Origin: Tubulanus polymorphus
Lineage: Eukaryota; Animalia; Nemertea
Direction: 5' to 3'
Assembly (NCBI RefSeq): GCF_964204645.1
Contig: NC_134027.1
Span: 8,836,485-8,900,484 of the forward strand
DNA length: 64,000 nucleotides
The notes under the pieces were generated by a model. It worked only from the letters and a program-made list of their open reading frames with translations. It was not told the DNA's origin and did no database searches. The position numbers were made by a program, and so were the translations under genes. Of this stretch, positions 51,231 through 64,000 are shown in pieces. Each line of letters starts with the position of its first letter. The stretch's first letter is position 1.

Positions 51231-51663
51231 TTCTACAGAATCCTTACCCTCAACCAAAAAAGACGGAAATACCCTTCAAAAAATTGGTGAAGCTGTAATT
51301 GAAAGTAACAGATTAAAAGTTTTTTCAATCAATTCATTATTTATTCCAGACATAAATTGCAATAATGGGTAGATGTGACAATGAATTCATAATATTGCAA
51401 TATAAAAAAGTAAGGCTTGTATGAACTGAAACCCAGTCCCAGGAAAATTAATGTAAAAATGCTTACTTTTACCAGTCTAGATGGCTAGCAGGTATATAGA
51501 CTAAATCTCTCGTTAACGTCTCGAACAATTTTTCACAAATTTTTGTTCCATTCTTTTATTCAAAGACAACGATTATCGTATATGATCATTTTAACGTTCG
51601 ATCTTTGAAAAAGAAGGTTCAAGCTGGCTTTTACGAACTGTCAAAGTACGGACGGTAAACAAT

Positions 51664-51901
51664 GTCACATGACTGACATGTGATAGTAATCGCGGAACAA
51701 TACGTAACAATACCTTTTAAGATAATTGTCACATCGGGTGATATGAATTTATATTAACAAAATAGGCCTAATTAAGTAAATTAAAGAGTGCCACTTTGCT
51801 TTGATCTTGTAATCGTTTTGAAAATTGCTGAAAATTTAAAAAAAAAGAATGTTCCGCTGTGGAAACAGGAAATATATTACACTACGCGGCCGTGACGTCA
51901 C
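51664..51901. promoter_or_regulatory. Divergent promoter region of the SNX16-like gene and Rab2, with M-box/CLEAR-like and CRE motifs
   Basis: GTCACATGAC (51664-51673), an adjacent CATGTGA, and the palindrome GTGACGTCAC (51892-51901). Confidence 0.5.
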
Positions 51902-51966
51902 CCGATCGATTATTTACTGAAAATCTCTCTGAATTTCTAGATTTTCTGCGCGTCAAAACGCCGAAA

Positions 51967-55906
<3,940 letters not shown>

Positions 55907-58900
55907 AACAACAACAACTATCTATTACCACTACTTCTACTACATTACTAATTTATAAAAAGCGTCCATATTTCGGTAGCCACACCACGACGACAAGCGG
56001 CGTTTTAAACGAAATTGGAGGAATTTCTAAAAAAAAACAAACTGACAATATTCGGACAAATTTCTTCTATCAGGATATACATATTTGACATATATATGTA
56101 GATATATATATATAAAAAGGAGAGATCGTATATTGTTTCATGTGTTGTTGTTTTAATGTGTGTAAAAGCTGTGGCTCGACGCCGGTGGACCGTTGGTCAA
56201 TCTGAAGAAGAGATTTGTCTACGAATAACTCTACTATTATATTACAATTATTAATACTAAACACCATTCCTCGAATGGCCTTTCATTATTTATCAATGAG
56301 CGTTGATATGATATATAGATATATATGTATACATGTGTATATCTATATATATATACATATATACATAATATGAATGAATAAAAAGCAACAAAAAGGAACT
56401 TTAAAAAAATTCTAGTTTTCAGTACATTCGTTGTTTTAGATGGTTCTACAAACTGCTATGTGGGTTGAAGGTAATGATCTGGTTGGATTTCTGAAAAGTT
56501 TGCGCAATTTTGGTTTCGTTAAAAAAAAAACTACCAGTACACTGGTTCAAGCGATGATATTCACTTCAAACGCCCACCTGTTTGACCTTATACTAGTGAT
56601 TGTAAATATGTAAACTGTCCACACTGCATGCAATTTGCGCGTCGAGGTCAGTGCTGATTTCATGAAATGAAGCGTTCTTCGATTTCATTCATTATGTGCA
56701 ATTCAAATTCTCAAGTATTGTTACATTGAACACAAGGAGGAACGGGACTGATTGAATCGATTGAAAAGTTGAGATCATTTCATGGAATTCGGACTGCCGT
56801 AGTAGAGATGCAATATTTCTCTCGCTTGTACATTATTATACATGTAGTATCGTTTATTGAATGTGAATCTAAACAGTTTATTGAATGTGAATCTGAATCG
56901 AAATATATTCGATTAATGAAAAGAAACAAAACAGGCTTGATTTTATGATGTATTCTGAATTAATGTAGCACATTGTACTGGAAATATTATATCAAATGAT
57001 TTATTCTTATAGATATATTAAGCTCTATGTTTCTGTCGTAGTATTACTTGGCTTGCTAATTTAGTAATGGCAGCTTTTCCATGCATTCCAGCACTAACTG
57101 TTCATGTGGATCCCTTTCTGTTCATGCGGATCCCTTTAGAGCTATTAATGCAAAGATAAATATCGAAATGCTGTAATATAAAAAACGATTTTTAGTCCTG
57201 ATTTGAATGTAAAACTACTTGAAAAGCCTTGTATTTGGTACTAAAAAAAGATTTACTAATGATCAAACGCTCATTCTTTTGCAGTTCAGTTGTAGGCCAA
57301 TGCTACTAGATGTCATAAGACCCATTGGAAATATAACTTAGACCGAGTTAGTTTCATTATCAAAGATTGTGTATTATGTCCTAGATGCTCACTGCATTTT
57401 ATGGATAGTTTTCGTTTAGAAGAAAAATGTTGTAATATATGTAAGATAATTAACATTTATGTCTAGATGATTGTATTTGTAAGAACTGCTGTCACATACT
57501 CAATGCTTCTTTTTACGGACCTAGTTTCCATATCGATTACTGGTTGATAGTTGAAACCTTTGCTAGATGCCTCTTCTCTCAGCTTTCTCTAATTAAAAAA
57601 TGGCCCTATATTTTAATTTTATTAGGTCGGGTTTGAATACATGGCTCTGATGTGGTCCGTAGTCTAGACCCTAGAATTACTAGGGAAAGTAGGGGCCAAG
57701 TAGAATCCTGTTCTTGCTGCTAATCAGTGCATTTTTGAAAAATTCTGATAAATAATTCACTGAAATGAAACGAAAGGGATATCAATGTTGCAAGATCGCG
57801 CATGCTTAAATGTTGTGCGTTGCATGAATCTATTTTGCATCATCGTGCAATACTACCTTTTATCACCAAGCCAAAAATACCTTAAAAAATAAGCAGCGGG
57901 TCAAATTTAATGTATGAGAGATCTAACTGACAAATTTAAATGGGAAATTTTGAAATTAGAAAAGTTTCTGCTGCTATGAGGTTTTTCAATGCTACCAATG
58001 AAGCATACAGCTCAAATACTGACATGATTATCTATATTAAACTATACTATATATATAAATATCATTTGTGTGTTCCCATATATAAGTAAAAACTTGTTCT
58101 CCAGTATTTTATTTTTGTCTAACTGTGTACCATTATTTTTTGGGGAAACTACAGAACTTGCAGTTTTCAGTAATGAAAAAAATGAACAAAATCCACTGCT
58201 TGCTGTTTTCTCCTCCTTGATAATGGTGATCTTTAACACAATCACAACTCATCTAGTCAAGCCCGATGAAAGTGGATTATCGAACATAATGAATCCTTCT
58301 TCCTCCATCAATGAATTCAACGAGAGATGCAGTACAGAAATTACTTCAGTGTTTTAAGATTTAGGATTTATAAATTGAACTGAAACCCGGATTATGAATT
58401 TTATGCAATTGTAGTTAAAATTGTACATTAGCCATTATATGGGATCCTTATTAATTAAATGATTAAACAATTATTGGTAATAAAACACTGCCGGGTATGA
58501 AGATTTCTTTAAATTGTGACAGCTTTCATCACTAAAATTCCTTTCATTTGCTGACCGATGCGCTACAAGATTAGTTTCTGAATACGAATAAACTTGGATT
58601 TTTAGGCAACAAGGTGCCGCGTCGTGTAATGCGTGGTGGTTGTACTGTTTCTTAAATGATATTAAAAACGCGATATTTATGAGGAAAAAAATTGTTTCTT
58701 TATTTTTGGAGTTTGGTTCTTCAACAAGTGTGGTTGGTGGTGGGCACCGGGTCGGTGTCTCGATTAAAAAGTTAATAAATCATGGACTAATTTATTAGGA
58801 GGCTGGTGATGCGAGAACAAAAAATCCGGGTTTAAAATTGTGAAAAAATATTAAAATGTATATTGAAGCCACAGCGTCGTCACGCAATAAATTCTTTGAA

Positions 58901-60041
58901 TTATTTCAAATGTTTTTCTTCACGAATTATTGTCATCCAAATTACGCTACATCCGGGGTTTTTTCATTCTTCGATCGCGACCTGCCATTCAACTAGATCG
59001 AGATGCCGTTTTAGTACGAGCCACCTGATTGGTTGATCGATATCCGAAATGTTTTCAAATATCGAACTTTTATCCTCCAAAAATTGATTAAATGGCTCAA
59101 TTTTTGCAATATATCGAAACTTTTAGACATTTTCCACTGACCGGTGGGATTAAAACCACTAATACGTTTGAAACGGGGTGGATTTTTTGCTTTAAACGCG
59201 TTAAAATGGGACCGAAATCTAACGAATCAGAGAGCTCCTTATAAACGGCTAGTCGGCTTTATACACGATGCATGATGAGAGTTTAGTAGAGCCGTTCAAA
59301 GTCTTACTCTACTAATTTCTCGTCGAGACAATACTGACAAATCTTGCCTAAAATACGACGGGTATGTATAAAGAGGTATTCGTGATTTCCGTCAAACAAG
59401 TGCTAATGAAATAACCGAACAAATTGTCTTTCAATTGATTCTTAAATCGGATCCAGAGAATTAAAAACGCGGAAGCGTTACGTTAGACTTTTCAACACTT
59501 TGAGCGACTTGGACGCTGCTGAATTACTCACGCCACAACAAAGTCGGCGTTAAAATGGCGATCAAATGCATGCGTCTTTGTTCTCTTTATTTTTGGGAAG
59601 GAGGTCTAGAGAAATTATAAGTATCAATGTAAAAATGGAAGCTTGGCTATGTAGTGTGAAGTAATATGGATCGTGTGGTCTGTGTGGTGGACTCTGTCAT
59701 CACTGCCTTCCTGCCTCTGAGACTGAGGACATCATTATAGGCCTTATACCAAATCGCCACATTTTAAAGGCCTGTTTAACATTGACTAAAATGCAATTTA
59801 TGTTCTGACCACTACCGCTTGAATTGAATTTCCACATTTGTTTTCTTTAAAATATTCTTCAAATAGTGCTCTTCAACTTGGCACCCCCTTTCAAATAGGA
59901 TCGTGTATGCACCCCTCTCTGTAATGAAAAATGAACACCCGTTTACATTTTCTTTTATAGCACATGGTAGAATGGCAAAGAGATGAACAGATGAAACACA
60001 AAAATCAACCACAACTTAATGTACAACAAGAATAGAAAATC

Positions 60042-62177
60042 ATGTCTGATGAATCACTTTTGAGTTTGTTCAACTCCGGATCGGATAATTTTTTAGACGG
60101 ATTGACCGGCAACGCGACCGGTATCGGTCAGCCGCCTGGAGGAAACGTTGGCGGAATGATGCAGCAAGGTGGCATGATGCTGAACACAAACATGCAACCT
60201 CAGGGAAACTTCGGGCAACAGAACACGATGGCAATGGGAACGCCGACGCAGAAGTTACATCATTATAATGATCATGAGTATCACAACTACAGCCAGGCTC
60301 CTCAGCAGAACGCGATCATGTCACCGCAACACAATCAGTTTGGGAGTCCACCAAACGCGGGTCATATGCAGGCTAATTACGGCAATATGCAACCAGTGCC
60401 GACGAGCCCGCAAACGCCGCAAATGGGAATGAACCAAACTCAGATGTGGGGTCAAGATCCTTCGATGCGCGGGTACATGCAACAACCTCAGCAGTACGCG
60501 ATGCAGCAAGCTCCGCAGCCAATGATGCAACAGCAACCGGTCAGGATGCCGCAGCCGGCGCAGATGCACATTCGCCAGGCGAATCCGCAGATGATGCAAC
60601 AAAACCCGCAGATGGGTATGCAGCAACAACCGCAGCAGCAGCAGTCGCAGCAGCAAGCATTTATATCGCATCACGATTACGCGTCTCCGATGCCGAACGC
60701 GGGCGTGCAAGCAACGACGCAACGTCTGACGCATTTCCCTGCGCAACAACAGGCTAACCAGTTCCGCGTGCAGAACGTGTCTTCCTCTCCCAATCAGAAT
60801 CGAATTCAGGTATCGTCGATCAGTAATATAAACTCGCAGCAGCAACATACGGCGGTCGCCGGCGGTCTTTATCAACAGGCGTCGCAGGCGCAGGTGCAAC
60901 TGACTCCGAGCACGCAGCAGCAACAGCAGAACTTTCAGCAACAGGCGCAAATGACTGCGGGACAACAACAGCAACAGCATTATTCATACCAGCAACAACC
61001 GGCTCAGGGAATGAATGAAGCTCCACCGTTGTCGCATTATCCTAAAACCAGTCCGGCTACACAGCAGTACCAACAGTCGGGATATCAGAATATAGCAGTT
61101 GTTCAGCACCCTCCACCATCTCCACGACCGACTCCTCCACCCCAGTCGCGTACACCGACCGTGAACCAAAATCAGGCGGCGTACGTCGGGCAGACGAGTC
61201 TACAGCAATTGGAGCAAATGGTGCCGTCGCACGGAACTAACACGATCGCCGGCACCAACACGGCCGCGAATTACCCGCAAACGAATCAATCGACAAATCA
61301 AATGCAAATCGTAAACAATCAACAAACTTTCACCATAAATACGGCGTATAATCAGATAAACGGGAATGCAGCGACGGGTGTTGTGACCGCCGGAAGCGCC
61401 AACAACATAGCCGCTACGTCGCAGGCGACTAATGCGCAGAATACCAGCGCCGAGATTCAGCAGTTACAGTCGCAGATTCAACAGCTTTACAGTATGCCGC
61501 AAAATCCTCAGACGCAACAGAATATGCTCGATCTACAGGAGCGCGTTCGCATTCTGAAGGCGAACCAACAACAACAAGTACTTCAACAGCAGCGACAAAT
61601 ACAGCAACACGTCGTAGCAGCGGCGGCCGCACCTCAGCCGCAGACAATCCGACCAGTGTTGTTACAGACATCTCAACAGCAGCCGACGTCGACGGCAACG
61701 ACGACCACGTCGCGTATCATCACCGTCGTGTTGCAGCGTCCACAGACGTCGTCGATCGTCACGTCGACGAACACGATTCAAATACAACCGCAACAGCTGC
61801 ACCAGCAACAGGCCGTCATACGACCGCAGCAGCTGCGATTGATACAACAAGCGCCTCGGTCGGCGTCGCCGGTGACGACGTTGCTGAAGAAGACGGCGAC
61901 GGCGACGAACGCGTCTACGGCCACGACGCAGCGGATGATCGTCGTGCAAACGAAACCGGTAGCCGCGGCCGCCGCATCGAACCAGCCACGCGTCATCACG
62001 TTACAATCATCCGGCATTCAGCAGCAGCAGCAGCAGCAGCTGCAACAAGCGAAGAAAACGCCGGTGATTATTCAGATGTCAACACCAGTGGCGAGCCCCG
62101 GAAAGATTAACACGCCGCCACCACCGCCGCCTGGTCATGTATCTCTACTACAACCTCGTGTACACGATACAACTCCG
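60042..62177 (+). CDS. First coding exon (712 codons, Q/P-rich disordered region) of a CHD7/8/9 (kismet-like) chromatin remodeler; the gene continues beyond the window
   Basis: The N-terminus MSDESLLSLFNSGSDNFLDGL and GTPTQKLHHY resemble recalled CHD7 (MADPGMMSLF..FSEGL, TKLTHF) and CHD9 (GTPTHQK) N-termini. Acceptor at 59960 and donor CCG/GTAAGT at 62178. It lies tandem downstream of Rab2, like RAB2A-CHD7. No chromo or helicase domain falls in the window, so the family call is inferred. Confidence 0.75.
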
Positions 62178-62331
62178 GTAAGTAAACATATTCCACCGTC
62201 TAGACTTAAACGTATTTAGAGACTTCCCAATATGCGTTTAAAAATGATCACGTACACATCTCTTCGCAATTTTCTCTTACCCATAAAAGCCAACTCATTT
62301 ATATTGACTTCACTTGCTTATTACGACACTA

Positions 62332-63402
62332 TTTTTAGCTCCGCTGTGACCAAAGGTCAGCGGAGCTATTGGGTTAGGGGGTGAGCCGTCGTCGTCCGTT
62401 CATTCGTCTGTCAACTTTTTCTTCAAATCGCTACTACTGTCTGTCACACCTACTCTCCGTGCGACGTTTTGGTCCGTAATTTCGTTAATAATCGGTTTAT
62501 CTACCTTTATTACGCATCAATTTGTTCAGTGAGGAATTTGCATTCAGAAATAAACAACAATTTTCACTTAAGTTGTTTTTGTTTTCATTTATGAGCGATA
62601 GTTTACTCAGCATACGCTCGCGTAATGCTGAAAAATCCGCTCCGCGGACGCTCAGAAACGTTACAGTGACGTCATCACCTGCTCATTAGCATATCAAAAT
62701 ACAGTAGGTGGCGCCACATGATGGGCCATAAAAGCCGTTTTTCAGCATTACGCGAGCGTATGCTAGGTAAACTATTGCTGATAGAAGAAAACACAAACAA
62801 ATTTATGCCAGTTCATGATTTATTTCTGAATGCAAATTCCTTACTGAACAAATTGATGCATAATATTTACAGATCAACCGATTATTAACGAAATTACGGA
62901 CCAAAACGTCGCACGAAGAGCATGTGTGACAGACAGTAGTCCTACAGTTTTAATCGGATCAATTCCAAATTTGGTATGAATGTTCTATGGACCAAGGCCT
63001 ATAAAGTTACAGAGTCATTTTTTGGATTTGTTCCCCTGGGGGTGCCCCTAGGGTGGAGTTTCTATTTCTTCAAATCGCTACTAGTCCTACAGTTTTAATC
63101 AGATCAATTCCAAATTTGGTATGAATGTTCTCTGGACCAAGGCCTATAAAGTTGCAGAGCCATTTTTTGGATTCTTCCCCCAGGGGCGACCCTTGGGGTG
63201 GAGTTTCTATTTCTTCAAATCGCTACTAGTCCTACAGTTTTATTCAGATCAATTCCAAATTTGGTATGAATGGTATTTGGACCAATACCTACAAAGTACA
63301 GAGCCTTGTTTGGATTTGGCCAAAAGGGGGCACCCCTAGGTATGCAGCTTCTATTTCTTCAAGTCACACAGCGTAGCTATATAAGCCAATAGGCTCCTTG
63401 TT
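62332..63402 (+). mobile_element. Helentron-associated (HINE/DINE-1-like) non-autonomous element with about 3 internal repeats of about 145 bp
   Basis: Starts in a T-run with the hairpin TAGCTCCGCTG..CAGCGGAGCTA, followed by a short GTC/GTCC microsatellite. Tandem units begin CTTCAAATCGCTACTAGTCCTACAG (62421, 63068, 63213). It ends with a 3' subTIR CAGCGTAGCTA, the hairpin AGCC-AATA-GGCT and CTTGTT. Confidence 0.8.
62437..62936. mobile_element. 500-bp MITE with about 200-bp TIRs and TA target-site duplication (Tc1/mariner-type), nested in the HINE-like element
   Basis: TA|CTGTCTGTCACAC...GTGTGACAGACAG|TA. The long arms are reverse complements (CGACGTTTTGGTCCGTAATTTCGTTAATAATCGGTT / AACCGATTATTAACGAAATTACGGACCAAAACGTCG). 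Sibling repeat units show the empty site CGCTACTAGTCC. Confidence 0.92.
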
Positions 63403-64000
63403 GTTATGTGTCCTGTTGCATTAATAGACAGTTTATTTAGTAGCATTGGCACTGTACATGTATGTCACTAAGTTGGAAAAAAGTATTTCAGGCCAATGAT
63501 ATTATTTGAATCCTGGAATGACTGAGTTTTATTTTTATTCATGATATAGTAGATAATATGATTCTTTTGGATAGATTCAAATGATAGCTATTACAATTTA
63601 TGATAGGCTACCATATTTAAAAGATTATGATTATTGTTTGCATATACTAGTACACCCTTTGGTACATAACATATCTCTTCCTAACTTTCTTGTACCCATA
63701 AAAGCCACCTCATTTATATTGATTTCACTTGTGCCGATGTACAATACAACTTCCCCCCAAAATCAAGAATCTGATCAACAGTAGAGCAAAGTTTGTCTTG
63801 TGGCTTTTCATACTCCGACGCGGTGCTCTGTTCGATCGGTTTTTTGCCAGTTACCATGGATACCAATACCTAAGTCTAAGCCTTTTCATACGCCGGAGTT
63901 CGCGTTATGATCGTAATTTTTTTCTCCACCAAATGAACGTATGGTATGAGGTGAGACCTTCGTTAAAAGGTACTGGTTTTATGTGGCTTTGATTTTCATG

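Noticed and set aside
60321-62017. Antisense and alternative-frame ORFs over the CHD-like exon (e.g. the 219-aa Leu/Arg-rich ORF)
   Set aside because: They are shadows of CAG/CAA-rich codons, which lack stops in other frames.
62939-63362. About 145-bp tandem repeats as a CRISPR-like array or the 72-aa ORF
   Set aside because: There are no unique spacers and the context is eukaryotic. These are internal repeats of a HINE-like element.

Overview
This window is eukaryotic, animal genomic DNA, AT-rich with spliceosomal introns. The repeat types and gene structures suggest a bilaterian invertebrate, probably lophotrochozoan-like (inference). Most ORFs in the supplied track are spurious or are exon fragments. 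Spliced gene models were rebuilt by hand and checked for phase. In order: Wnt5 (minus, first 3 coding exons, 3' end outside the window); an intron-containing tRNA-Tyr(GTA); intronless FBXL14/Ppa, divergent from Wnt5; about 22 kb of gene-poor DNA with a ~460-bp perfect (CCCTCT)n tract and a strong CTCF motif; a single-exon GT31 beta-1,3-glycosyltransferase; VPS9D1 (15 exons, one U12-type minor intron); ISCA2 and NDUFB9 head-to-head with 153 bp between their ATGs; an 11-exon SNX16-like PX protein with an unusually long coiled-coil tail, head-to-head with Rab2 (8 exons); and the large Q-rich first coding exon of a CHD7/8/9 (kismet-like) remodeler. Two apparently ancient gene pairs are present (Wnt5-Fbxl14, Rab2-CHD7/8). 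Non-coding points of interest are Penelope-type minimal hammerhead ribozyme motifs, a TA-TSD long-TIR MITE nested in a Helentron-associated (HINE-like) element, several MITEs, and an in-frame uORF ahead of the CHD gene. I found no unambiguous new biological system. The best candidates for something undescribed are the extended SNX16-like/Rab2 pair, the tRNA and CTCF-like elements between Wnt5 and Fbxl14, and the ribozyme motifs. All identifications come from recognition of motifs, not from database searches.
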